Of a stretch of DNA of 44,412 nucleotides, positions 18,523-27,394 are shown piece by piece. Position 1 is the stretch's first letter. The number at the start of each line of letters is the position of its first letter. A program made the translations under genes and the position numbers. Source of the DNA: Spirochaetota bacterium (lineage in GTDB: Bacteria; Spirochaetota; UBA4802; UBA5550); assembly GCA_045600925.1 (NCBI GenBank), contig JAZRYV010000122.1, positions 1 to 44,412 on the forward strand. The letters are read 5' to 3'. The notes beneath the pieces are model-generated. The model was not told the DNA's origin, did no database searches, and saw only the letters and a program-made list of their open reading frames with translations.

Positions 18523-18899
18523 TATTTTTTCTCCTTTGTGTACTTTGAAGGACACTTAGTAAGTACTCTGTCAGCCTCAAAAAAGTTCTGTTCTTTTTCA
18601 AACCGGCCCAGAACTACAACGCTGTCTGCATGTTCAAAATTCACAGGTTTAACATCATGACTGACCACCGTCATAAGGCTTCCGGAATCATTTTTCATTA
18701 CAAAGGAAAAACCGTCATCAGACTGTCTGACAGGAGAGTCTTTATCAATTTTCCCGATTACCTGAACACAGGAACCTGCCTTTTTTACTGCGTCATCAAA
18801 AGAAACATATGGAGACACGAGATCATCACTTAAAAGCAGAATCCCGGCCACCATCAGAACTGCTGCCAGTCCGAAAATCACCAGTCTTTTAGTCTTCAT
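18522..18899 (-). CDS. ccmE: Heme chaperone CcmE, variant type with a C-x-x-x-Y C-terminus
   Basis: N-terminal anchor MKTKRLVIFGLAAVLMVAGILLL followed by a soluble body. The C-terminus reads RVLTKCPSKYTKEKK where canonical CcmE has H-x-x-x-Y. I place the start at ATG 18899; the ORF-track TTG at 18983 is a 5' extension. Confidence 0.8.
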   Translation of the reverse strand: MKTKRLVIFGLAAVLMVAGILLLSDDLVSPYVSFDDAVKKAGSCVQVIGKIDKDSPVRQSDDGFSFVMKNDSGSLMTVVSHDVKPVNFEHADSVVVLGRFEKEQNFFEADRVLTKCPSKYTKEKK

Positions 18900-19008
18900 G
18901 AATCTCTCTCTCCAGTACAGATATTCTCCGGTCTGTCCTGAACAGCCAGCATGCAAGCCCAAGCCACACGATAAGAATAACAAGCATAACAGCTATAAGT
19001 TCACTCAT
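18889..19008 (-). CDS. ccmD: Candidate CcmD (small heme-exporter subunit), 39 aa, not in the ORF track
   Basis: My translation is MSELIAVMLVILIVWLGLACWLFRTDRRISVLEREIHED: one TM helix plus a charged tail. RBS AAAGGAG precedes ATG 19008. It sits between ccmC and ccmE and overlaps the ccmE start by 11 nt. Confidence 0.5.
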   Translation of the reverse strand: MSELIAVMLVILIVWLGLACWLFRTDRRISVLEREIHED

Positions 19009-19031
19009 ATTATCTCCTTTCAGAAAACCGG

Positions 19032-19697
19032 TCAGTTCCCCTTTTCTTCTTTCTCATCCAGAATTTCTTCTATTTTAAGGAGCCTGTTCTTAAGGCTCAT
19101 AAGATGGCAGTACAGGAAAATAAATGCGGCTGATGAAATCAGCAGTGTTATTCTCATGACACTGTCCAGTTTAAATGTTCCCTCTGCATTGATGATGGTA
19201 TCAGGATGGAGGGACTGATATATCCTGGGAATGACAAAAACAAAAAACGGCATAACAGCCATGGCCAGAATCAGGTACACAGATCCGATCCTTCCCTTTG
19301 CCGGACTGTTTCCAAGAGAGGAATTAAGACTGAAATAGGCAATATAAATGAGAAGCAGGACCAGAACAGAAGTTTCTCTGGGATCCCAGTTCCAGAAACT
19401 TCCCCAGGCCATCTTTGCCCACAGGGATCCGGTAATCAGAGTAATCACGGAAAAAAGCAGTCCCAGACCTGCAGAAGCTGCAGCCTTTCTGCACAGCATT
19501 TCCGGCCCCTTTTTTATAATGTACATAACGGACCAGACTCCTGCAGCAGCAAAGGCAATTACAGAAACCATGGCAGCCGGTACATGAAAATATATAATTC
19601 TGCCAGTATCCCCCAGAATTTCAGTCCTGGGAGCCAGAAGAAATGCAGCCAAAATCGCTGCAGGCATAAGAATGTAAACAAGTTTTGTAATTTTCAT
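19032..19697 (-). CDS. ccmC: Heme exporter protein CcmC
   Basis: 221 aa, polytopic. WWD motif WGSFWNWDPRETS. ATGA overlap with the ccmB stop. Confidence 0.9.
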   Translation of the reverse strand: MKITKLVYILMPAAILAAFLLAPRTEILGDTGRIIYFHVPAAMVSVIAFAAAGVWSVMYIIKKGPEMLCRKAAASAGLGLLFSVITLITGSLWAKMAWGSFWNWDPRETSVLVLLLIYIAYFSLNSSLGNSPAKGRIGSVYLILAMAVMPFFVFVIPRIYQSLHPDTIINAEGTFKLDSVMRITLLISSAAFIFLYCHLMSLKNRLLKIEEILDEKEEKGN

Positions 19698-20350
19698 TTT
19701 TCAAGCCATATATATCGGAATAGCAGGAACGAAAGAGCAATGACCGTTCCGGAAAAGGCAAGCAGAAAGAACACATTGTTAAAGCTTCCCTCAGCCTGTT
19801 CAAGACTGACTGCAGTTGTGAAAATGCTTACCAGCATACAGGGCAGCAGCAGAGGAAAGGAGATGATAGTAAACAAAGCACCTCTGCCTCCGGCTCCTGC
19901 AGCAATGGCAGCCAGAACAGTAGATGCAGAGGAAAGGGCAAGACCGCCTGCAAGCACAGTCAGCACAAAAAGAGGGATATTGATAATGTTCACATCCATA
20001 AAAAAGACGAACAGCGGACAGACAATAAGCTGAAGCACCAGAAAAAACAGACAGTTGAAGATCAGCTTGGAAAGATAGATATTTTCCGGTTTAATATTCA
20101 GTGTCAGGAAAAGAGCAGTCCGTTCCTGTTCCTCTCTGATAAAGGTATGAAGGAGACTGTTCATGGCACAGAAGAAAAGAATGATCCAAAGGAAAACGGA
20201 AAGGACATCTGGACTGTATGATGTTCCTCGGGATACCATGCTTACCGCCAGTGTTGTAATGCAGGCAAAGGCAGCGGCAGCTCCTGCTGCTGCCGGATTT
20301 CTGAACTCAACCTTCAGGTCCTTTGCCAGACTTCTGATAATTTCAGTCAA
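19694..20350 (-). CDS. ccmB: Heme exporter permease CcmB
   Basis: Polytopic protein between ccmA and ccmC. I prefer TTG 20350 as the start: GGAGGA lies 6 nt upstream, and the product would begin LTEIIRSLAKDLKVEFRNP, which resembles CcmB N-termini. The ORF-track start at 20401 is also a TTG but has no SD. Confidence 0.75.
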   Translation of the reverse strand: MTEIIRSLAKDLKVEFRNPAAAGAAAAFACITTLAVSMVSRGTSYSPDVLSVFLWIILFFCAMNSLLHTFIREEQERTALFLTLNIKPENIYLSKLIFNCLFFLVLQLIVCPLFVFFMDVNIINIPLFVLTVLAGGLALSSASTVLAAIAAGAGGRGALFTIISFPLLLPCMLVSIFTTAVSLEQAEGSFNNVFFLLAFSGTVIALSFLLFRYIWLEK

Positions 20351-20954
20351 GACTGATCCTCCTGCTGCAGAGCCGCGCCTCCTCTTCTTCGTTTGTTGCA
20401 AGTATAATAATTGTGTTCTCTTTCATTGCATTTATCTCTGAATATATCAGATCCCGTCCTGCCATGTCCAGATTTGATCCTGGTTCATCCAGAAAGAGCA
20501 CTGCAGGGTGAACTGCTGAGGAACAGAGAAATTTCAGTCTCTGTTTCATGCCGGAAGAACAGTGCCGGACCTGTTTGTTTTCATGTCCATTCAGCTGAAA
20601 GTGTTCCAGCCCTGCCATGAGGAAATCTCTGTCCTTTCCACCGCAGACAAAGGCAAGATTTTCATAAACAGTCAGATCTTCATAGAGGGAGAGAGCAGGA
20701 CTGCAGAAACCTGCTGCGGATCTGGCAAGGTCATCATCAGCCTTAACACCGTCTTTATAATAAGAAACCGTTCCTTTTACAGGAGACCGAAGCAGTGCAA
20801 GTATCTGCAGCAGAGTGGATTTGCCGGAACCATTATGGCCCGTAACAGCCAGAGATTCTCCTGTGGAAAGTGAAAAAGAAAGATCCCGGAAAAGCACTCT
20901 GCGTAAAAATTTCTGATACAGTCTGTCTGCAGAGATTGTCATTTTTTCTTTCAT
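20343..20954 (-). CDS. ccmA: Heme ABC exporter ATP-binding protein CcmA
   Basis: 203 aa. Walker A GHNGSGKST, signature SSGMKQR, Walker B LFLDEP. First gene of the ccm cluster. Confidence 0.85.
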   Translation of the reverse strand: MKEKMTISADRLYQKFLRRVLFRDLSFSLSTGESLAVTGHNGSGKSTLLQILALLRSPVKGTVSYYKDGVKADDDLARSAAGFCSPALSLYEDLTVYENLAFVCGGKDRDFLMAGLEHFQLNGHENKQVRHCSSGMKQRLKFLCSSAVHPAVLFLDEPGSNLDMAGRDLIYSEINAMKENTIIILATNEEEEARLCSRRISLD

Positions 20955-21161
20955 GTCTGCATTTAAAAAAAGTTTTTTGCCTGTGTCAAGTGTAAAGTTC
21001 CTGCCGGAATCCGGACATTAAACTCTTTTTTACAGTTTATATAAAACCGGATTTAATTTTTGAGTTGACTATTATTATTTTAATGTATAAAGTGCTTAAA
21101 TCTTGCAGGCAGCAGCCTGATATAATTCATTTCTCCTCAGGGAGAACAGGAGGATTTAAAA

Positions 21162-21617
21162 ATGAAAAAATTACTCAGCATTGCTGCAGTTCTTTCAATC
21201 AGTGTAATTATTGCAATGACAGGCTGCAGTTCCGGACAGCTGGGAGGAACTGTTGAAGGAGAAAGCTACACAACAGAAGGATGGATTGATGACAACACCT
21301 ACCGCATTGCAGCAACAGGTGCTCCCAAATCAACACTTTCAAATAGAATCCAGAGACAGGAATCTGCAAAACGTGCTGCAATCCTCAACGCCCAGTATCA
21401 GATCCTTGAAAAATTCAAAGGTTCAAAACTGGAAGGGGCTTCAGGCATGAATGACTTTGAAATCTCCGGAATGGCAGTTGCTCAGGAAGTTCAGGGAACC
21501 ATAAAAGGCGGATCTGTAACAAAGGTTACATACGATGAAGAACAGAACTGCGAAATCATCTATGAAATCAAGGCAAAGGGACTTAAGAACAAAGTTTCTG
21601 CTGCCCAGTGGGAATAA
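21162..21617 (+). CDS. Lipoprotein, possibly LPP20/FlgP-like; paralogue of the next gene
   Basis: Signal peptide plus lipobox (IAMTG|C). RBS AGGAGG. The block WIDDNTYRIAATGAP..ESAKRAAILNAQYQILEKFKG resembles LPP20-type lipoproteins from memory. Confidence 0.7.
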   Translation: MKKLLSIAAVLSISVIIAMTGCSSGQLGGTVEGESYTTEGWIDDNTYRIAATGAPKSTLSNRIQRQESAKRAAILNAQYQILEKFKGSKLEGASGMNDFEISGMAVAQEVQGTIKGGSVTKVTYDEEQNCEIIYEIKAKGLKNKVSAAQWE

Positions 21618-21639
21618 TTCCCACTTTAAAAAAAGAAAA

Positions 21640-21666
21640 GGCTGCCTCCGGGGCAGCCTTTTTTAT
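21640..21666 (+). terminator. Rho-independent terminator after the first lipoprotein gene
   Basis: GGCTGCC-(5 nt)-GGCAGCC followed by TTTTTTAT. A second inverted repeat, GTGGGAA-TAA-TTCCCAC, spans the stop codon at 21608-21624. Confidence 0.7.
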
Positions 21667-21683
21667 ACTTTCCCGGAGGACAG

Positions 21684-22157
21684 ATGAAAAAAATTCTTAT
21701 GCTGACAGGCCTTTTGGCTGCAGGACTGATTCTGTGCTGTTCTGTTAAAACAGATAATTCTGTAAATCCATACGCTTCTGATTTCGAAAAATACTGTTCA
21801 TGGATTGACGAAAACACACTGGAAATAACTGCTGCCGGGACAGCTGACGAAAAATATGAAGGGAAATCTGAAATCATAAAAGAAAACGCAGCCTGTTCAG
21901 CCGCAAAAATCAAAGCAATGACAATTGCGGCATATGTTCTGAAAGGAGAAAACAGCAGTGAATTATCCGTCCTTATAAAGGGAGGAAAGACTGTAAGCCG
22001 GACATACAGCCCCGCCGGCAGTACCTGTACCACAGTGTACAGAATCAGCAGGAAAAATCTTTCCGCACTTAAAAGACCTGATACTGAATCTCCGGAACCG
22101 GAAGCTGACCCTGTTCAGGAATCAGAGCAGGAAGATGAACATGGGACAGAGGAATAA
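21684..22157 (+). CDS. Lipoprotein, paralogue of 21162..21617, with an acidic C-terminal tail
   Basis: Signal peptide plus lipobox (GLIL|C). RBS GGAGGA. It shares WIDENTLEITAAGTA, ..AAKIKA..LKG and GG..v..tY..C..vY.I blocks with the upstream gene. Confidence 0.7.
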   Translation: MKKILMLTGLLAAGLILCCSVKTDNSVNPYASDFEKYCSWIDENTLEITAAGTADEKYEGKSEIIKENAACSAAKIKAMTIAAYVLKGENSSELSVLIKGGKTVSRTYSPAGSTCTTVYRISRKNLSALKRPDTESPEPEADPVQESEQEDEHGTEE

Positions 22158-22317
22158 ATACTCTGTTCCATGGTAAGGAGAATGTAAGACATCCTTTGTC
22201 CAGCCCCCCAGGACTTAATAAATGGAGCCGGTAATTATCAAACAGACACAGAAAAACTGAAATGAATCGGAATCCAGCCGCAGACAGCCCATTTTCCCCA
22301 ATACTTCCTTTTTATCG

Positions 22318-22346
22318 TTGCAAAAAAATATTAGTTCAGATATATG
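22318..22346 (+). promoter_or_regulatory. Sigma70-like promoter candidate for uvrB
   Basis: TTGCAA (22318-22323), a 17-nt spacer, then TATATG (22341-22346), about 55 nt upstream of the uvrB ATG. Confidence 0.35.
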
Positions 22347-22401
22347 TTAAACAGTTTCTTTCCGGAACTGCCGTAAATCTCTAGTATTAAGAACTGAAAT
22401 T

Positions 22402-24411
22402 ATGCCTGCACTTAAAGTTGTATCCCCTTTTACCCCTTCAGAAGATCAGCAGAAAGCCATAGATCTGGTTTCAAAAGGCTTTAAGGACGGCATGAAATAT
22501 CAGTGCCTTCTTGGAGTGACCGGATCAGGCAAAACCTTCACCATGGCCAAAATCATTGAAAAGATTCAGAGGCCAACACTGATTCTGACCCACAACAAGA
22601 CCCTGGCTGCCCAGCTGTACAGAGAATTCAGCGGATTCTTTCCGGAAAACGCAGTGGAGTACTTCGTTTCCTACTACGATTACTATCAGCCGGAAGCCTA
22701 TGTGGTATCCTCGGATCTGTACATCGAAAAGGATGCCTCCATAAATGATGAAATTGACCGGCTGAGATTAAAGGCCACATCCTCTATTATGGAAAGAAAG
22801 GATGTAGTTGTTGTCGCCTCTGTATCCTGTATCTACGGTCTGGGAACTCCGGAGGAATTCCGGAACCGGCATCTGGTCATAAAACAGGACGATGAGATGG
22901 ACAGGGACGAGCTGCTCCGGGATCTTGTCGGCATCTACTACGAAAGAAATGACGTTTCCTTTACCCGCGGAACTTTTCAGGTCAAAGGAGACATCCTGGA
23001 AATTTTTCCTGCATCCATGCAGAAGGAAGCCTACAGAATAGAATTTTTCGGAGACACCATTGAAGCCATCTCTCTTATAGATCCTCTGACAAAGGCAGTC
23101 CTTGCCAGAATGAAGTTCTGCTGCATTTATCCTGCAAAGCACTTTGTATCAGATCCGGCCGAAATGAAAACTACCATTGAAATGATTCAGCAGGAACTGG
23201 ATGCCAGGCTGGAAGAACTGAGAAGCAGTGGGAAACTGGTGGAGGCTCTCCGTCTTGAAACCAAGACAAAGTACGACATGGAAATGCTGCTCGAAACAGG
23301 CTACTGTCCAGGAATAGAAAACTATTCACGTATCATTTCCAGACGAAAACCAGGAGAAAGACCAGCCTGTCTTCTCGATTACTTTGATGATGATCTTGCC
23401 GTACTAATTGACGAGTCCCATGTTACACTGCCACAGCTCAGAGGCATGTTTGCCGGAGACCGGTCCAGGAAAGAAAATCTTGTGGAATACGGATTCCGGC
23501 TGCCTTCAGCTCTGGACAACCGGCCTCTCTTTTTCGAGGAATTTTTTCAGATTGTCAGACAGAGCCTCTTCGTATCCGCAACTCCCGGTGATTTTGAAAT
23601 TCAGAACAGCCAGCAGACTGCAGAACAGGTCATCCGGCCCACAGGGCTTCTGGATCCGGAAGTCATTATCCGGCCGGCAAAACACCAGATCGAAGATCTG
23701 GCAGGGGAAGTAAAAAAACGCATTGCCGCAGGGGAACGTGTTCTGGTCACAACCCTGACCAAAAAGATGGCAGAGGATCTGACAGATTATTTCAACGAAA
23801 TAGATATCAGCTGCAGATATCTCCATTCTGAAATCACAACCATTGAAAGAGTTGAAATAATCCGGGATCTCCGAAAAGGCGATTTTTCCTGCCTCATAGG
23901 AATCAATCTTTTAAGGGAAGGGCTGGATATACCTGAAGTCTCCCTTGTAGCCATACTTGATGCAGACAAGGAAGGATTTCTCCGTTCCCACAGATCCCTT
24001 ATACAGACAGCAGGCAGGGCAGCCAGAAATGTAAATGGAACAGTAATCATGTACGGAGATGTGATTACGGACTCAATGAAGGCTGCCGTCACAGAAATGA
24101 AACGCCGCAGGAAAATCCAGCAGGAATACAATGAAACACATGGCATTACACCGTCAACCATAGTCAAGGACATACGGGATATAATTGAAAGGGAATATAT
24201 TCAGGAAAACAGCGAAGCCTCCTGTGCAGCAGATTACATTTCCGAATATAAGAAAAACAGTCTGCCCGACATGAAAAAACTGAAAGACAGGCTCAGAACA
24301 GACATGCTTAAGGCTGCAGAAGAACTTAACTTTGAACAGGCTGCCGTTTTAAGAGATCAGATGACAGATATTGCCGCCAGAATACAGCTTCTGGAAAAGA
24401 CAAAAAAATAA
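22402..24411 (+). CDS. uvrB: Excinuclease ABC subunit B
   Basis: 669 aa. [12 protein letters not shown] Walker A, helicase motifs, and a C-terminal UVR domain ([10 protein letters not shown]). Confidence 0.97.
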   Translation: MPALKVVSPFTPSEDQQKAIDLVSKGFKDGMKYQCLLGVTGSGKTFTMAKIIEKIQRPTLILTHNKTLAAQLYREFSGFFPENAVEYFVSYYDYYQPEAYVVSSDLYIEKDASINDEIDRLRLKATSSIMERKDVVVVASVSCIYGLGTPEEFRNRHLVIKQDDEMDRDELLRDLVGIYYERNDVSFTRGTFQVKGDILEIFPASMQKEAYRIEFFGDTIEAISLIDPLTKAVLARMKFCCIYPAKHFVSDPAEMKTTIEMIQQELDARLEELRSSGKLVEALRLETKTKYDMEMLLETGYCPGIENYSRIISRRKPGERPACLLDYFDDDLAVLIDESHVTLPQLRGMFAGDRSRKENLVEYGFRLPSALDNRPLFFEEFFQIVRQSLFVSATPGDFEIQNSQQTAEQVIRPTGLLDPEVIIRPAKHQIEDLAGEVKKRIAAGERVLVTTLTKKMAEDLTDYFNEIDISCRYLHSEITTIERVEIIRDLRKGDFSCLIGINLLREGLDIPEVSLVAILDADKEGFLRSHRSLIQTAGRAARNVNGTVIMYGDVITDSMKAAVTEMKRRRKIQQEYNETHGITPSTIVKDIRDIIEREYIQENSEASCAADYISEYKKNSLPDMKKLKDRLRTDMLKAAEELNFEQAAVLRDQMTDIAARIQLLEKTKK

Positions 24412-26237
24412 TGGAACGAACCATAGAGCTTCTTGCTCCTGCAAAAGATAAAGAAACAGGAATTGCAGCCATAAATTCCGGAGCTGATGCAGTATATATT
24501 GGAGCTCCGGAATTCAGTGCCAGAGCAGCCGCAGGGAATACTGTCAGTGACATAGAAAAGCTGGCCTCCTATGCCCGCAGATACAGAGTAAAAGTCTATG
24601 CAGCAGTAAACACAATAATTTATGAGCCGGAACTGGAAAGAGTCCGGAATCTCATTTTTGATCTCTGCCGGGCCGGAACAGATGCAGTAATTTTTCAGGA
24701 CATGGGGATCCTTGAAATGGATCTGCCGCCGGTTGCCCTTCATGCCAGCACACAGTGTCACAACTATTCCCCTGAACACATAAAATTTCTCAGTGATACA
24801 GGAGTCTCCCGCATCATTCTGGCCAGAGAGCTGGAGCTGGCACAGCTGGCTGAAGCCAGAAAGGCAGCCTCCTGCAGTCTGGAATGTTTTGTTCACGGAG
24901 CCCTCTGCGTTTCCATGAGCGGAAGATGCTACATGAGTGCTGCAGCAGGCGGCAGAAGTGCAAACAGAGGAAACTGTGCCCAGCCCTGCCGAAAGGCTTA
25001 TTCGGTCATAAATCAGTCCGGAAGACCTGCAGACATGGGGAAATATCCGCTGTCACTGAAGGACATGAACAGAGGGGCATATCTGGAACAGCTGATTCTG
25101 GCAGGAATGGATTCTCTTAAGATCGAAGGCAGACTAAAGGACCAGTCCTATGTTAAAAACATTACATCCTGGTACAGACATAAACTGGATGATATTCTGA
25201 ACAGGCACCCTTCTCTGGAAAAGGCTTCTGCGGGAACAGTCATTCAGAACTTCGAACCAGATCCTGCCAGAACCTTCAACCGGGGATTCACGGAATATTT
25301 TCTGGAAGGCAGGAAAGAATCAGTCAGATCATCTGCCACTCCAAAATCTTCAGGGGAATATCTTGGCAGAGTACTTAAAACAGAAAAGAACCGGTTCTTT
25401 CTTAATACCGAAAAACAGATTTCTGCCGGAGACGGACTTTTCTTTTTTACAAAAACCGGAGAGACCCGCGGCATACAGGTAAACCGGACAGAAAAAGGCT
25501 TTATATATCCCCTTTCGGCAAACGGAATCTTCCCAGGGGCAGAACTTTTCCGCAACAGAGATGCAGCCTTTGAAAAAATTCTTTCCTCGGCAAAAATTCA
25601 AAGAAAAATCCCTGCAGACATGGAATTCCTTGAAACAGAAAAAGGATTTCTTCTTTCCATGAAAGCAGACGGACTTTCTGTTTCAGCCGCTGCAAAGATA
25701 CAGGCGGAAAAGAGTTATGATCCGGAAAAGAATTCCGGCATCATAAAAAAGCACCTTTCAAAAACAGGGGATTCTCTTTTCATGCCCGGAACTGTCACTG
25801 TTAAAACAGATAAATTTCTGCCGGTATCCTTTATCAATTCCATGCGAAGGGAGTGCACGGAAAAACTGGAACAGATTCTGGCAGAACGCAGAATGCCTGC
25901 AGAAAAGCCTGTAATAAGGGCTGATGTGCCTTTCCCGGAAAAAGAGGGAGATTTCACATGGAACATTTCAAACTCAATGGCAGAAAAATTCTACCGCAGG
26001 AGAGGTGTTCAGAAAACTGTTCCCGCCTTTGAACTGTCCGTGGGGAAACAGGAATCTGTGGTAATGGAAACGAAAATGTGTCTCAGATATGAAACAGGGA
26101 AATGTCCGAAATATCAGAAGCAGGGAAAAGCTGAATCTGCCGATGAATACTATATTCTGTCTGACGGTCAGAACAGGTTCCGGGCTGAGTTCAACTGCCG
26201 GGACTGCATAATGACCATCAGACAGGAAAGCAGATAA
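24411..26237 (+). CDS. Peptidase U32 family protein (long form)
   Basis: 608 aa. N-terminal ELLAPAKDKETGIAAINSGADAVYIG and the U32 signature region ECFVHGALCVSMSGRCYMS. The ATG overlaps the uvrB TAA by 1 nt. Confidence 0.85.
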   Translation: MERTIELLAPAKDKETGIAAINSGADAVYIGAPEFSARAAAGNTVSDIEKLASYARRYRVKVYAAVNTIIYEPELERVRNLIFDLCRAGTDAVIFQDMGILEMDLPPVALHASTQCHNYSPEHIKFLSDTGVSRIILARELELAQLAEARKAASCSLECFVHGALCVSMSGRCYMSAAAGGRSANRGNCAQPCRKAYSVINQSGRPADMGKYPLSLKDMNRGAYLEQLILAGMDSLKIEGRLKDQSYVKNITSWYRHKLDDILNRHPSLEKASAGTVIQNFEPDPARTFNRGFTEYFLEGRKESVRSSATPKSSGEYLGRVLKTEKNRFFLNTEKQISAGDGLFFFTKTGETRGIQVNRTEKGFIYPLSANGIFPGAELFRNRDAAFEKILSSAKIQRKIPADMEFLETEKGFLLSMKADGLSVSAAAKIQAEKSYDPEKNSGIIKKHLSKTGDSLFMPGTVTVKTDKFLPVSFINSMRRECTEKLEQILAERRMPAEKPVIRADVPFPEKEGDFTWNISNSMAEKFYRRRGVQKTVPAFELSVGKQESVVMETKMCLRYETGKCPKYQKQGKAESADEYYILSDGQNRFRAEFNCRDCIMTIRQESR

Positions 26238-27170
26238 CTACATCTGTGTTCTTTTACCGATAAGATCTGCCAGCATGCCGATTCCCAGCATATGAACAGC
26301 ACTGACGAAGAAAATCAGGAAAGTGGTGTTGTACAGTTTACCGAAAAAGAGACCGCCGATAAAAATCAGCAGACCAATAAGCAGCAGAATAATACTAACC
26401 GGGAGAAAAACCTTCAGAGGGTTAAAATAAATAACTGTTCTTATAATAATCTGAACAAAATTCATTGTATCTCTGATGGGATGAATTTTGGATTTTCCCG
26501 TTCTCTTCATATAGTCAATATCCAGATAATAGATCCTGTATCCGTTGGACATGAGAGCAATGGTACTTGTGGTTGTAAAAGAAAAACCTTCGGATATAAT
26601 ATGGAAGAATTTTACAATGACATCCTTCTTTAAAATACGAAGACCTGAGTTTATGTCCCCGATCTTTTCGTTTACCAGATAGCTTGCCAGCTTCGTCAGA
26701 AACCACTTGGCAGGCTTTGTGAGAGTCGGAAGTTTTTTGAAAGGACGCTTTCCAACAACCATATCGTAGCTTCCATTAATGCTTATATCCAGCATTTCCG
26801 GAATTCTTTCATTTGGATAAGTTGAGTCAGCATCTGTAATACAGATGTAGTCATATTTTGCAGCCCTGATCCCTGTCTTAAGGGCAGCACCGTATCCCTT
26901 GTTGAACTGATGTTCACAGAGGATTACATTCTTTTTTTTCATTGTTTTAAGGGCTGTCTTAATGAGTTCTCCGGACCCGTCCGTAGAGCCATCATTTACC
27001 AGAATAAGTTCATGGGTAATATCTGCCTTTTCAAGAATATCAAGGACCTGTTTTATAGTATCCTCAATCGCCCCTTTTTCATTATAAACAGGAATGACAA
27101 CACTGACTTCCTTTTTATCAGCCTTAACAGTTTTAACTGTTTTTGCAGCTTTAACAGCCTGTTTGCTCAT
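26238..27170 (-). CDS. Family 2 glycosyltransferase, polyprenyl-phosphate sugar transferase type (GtrB/ArnC/DPM1-like)
   Basis: 310 aa. Motifs VSVVIPVYNEKGAI, LVNDGSTDGS and ITDADS (DxD), plus two C-terminal TM helices. Its stop directly abuts the U32 stop. Confidence 0.85.
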   Translation of the reverse strand: MSKQAVKAAKTVKTVKADKKEVSVVIPVYNEKGAIEDTIKQVLDILEKADITHELILVNDGSTDGSGELIKTALKTMKKKNVILCEHQFNKGYGAALKTGIRAAKYDYICITDADSTYPNERIPEMLDISINGSYDMVVGKRPFKKLPTLTKPAKWFLTKLASYLVNEKIGDINSGLRILKKDVIVKFFHIISEGFSFTTTSTIALMSNGYRIYYLDIDYMKRTGKSKIHPIRDTMNFVQIIIRTVIYFNPLKVFLPVSIILLLIGLLIFIGGLFFGKLYNTTFLIFFVSAVHMLGIGMLADLIGKRTQM

Positions 27171-27361
27171 TTTTGTTCACCTACATGGGAAATATATCAT
27201 CATAATGTTTTAAAGTGTATAATAGTCAAGAAGGAAAATCTGAAACAGCAGGAATAAAAAGAATCCGACAGACCTGAACAAAAAACTGCAGTGTCAAAAA
27301 TCATGTACGGACTCTAAACTGCTTCCGGATGCTGATCACAGATACAGAGATCCCTGGAAAA

Positions 27362-27392
27362 GAAAAAAGCCCTTCCGCAGGGAAGGGCTTTT
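27362..27392 (-). terminator. Rho-independent terminator after putP
   Basis: GCCCTTCC-GCAG-GGAAGGGC, an 8-bp stem. A T6 run follows on the minus strand, and the hairpin starts 6 nt after the putP stop. Confidence 0.75.
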
Positions 27393-27394
27393 CA

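Noticed and set aside
17599-20033. Plus-strand ORFs of 208 aa (17599..18225) and 275 aa (19206..20033), plus several shorter ones across the ccm operon
   Set aside because: They are antisense to ccmF, ccmC and ccmB, which carry diagnostic WWD motifs. The products are Arg/Ser/Cys-rich and low complexity.
27217-27222. Perfect TATAAT on the plus strand between the GT2 gene and putP
   Set aside because: There is no plus-strand gene downstream for about 2 kb; transcription would run antisense to putP. On the minus strand the same region gives a plausible GT2 promoter (TTGACT at 27224-27229), but with ambiguous spacing, so I called neither.
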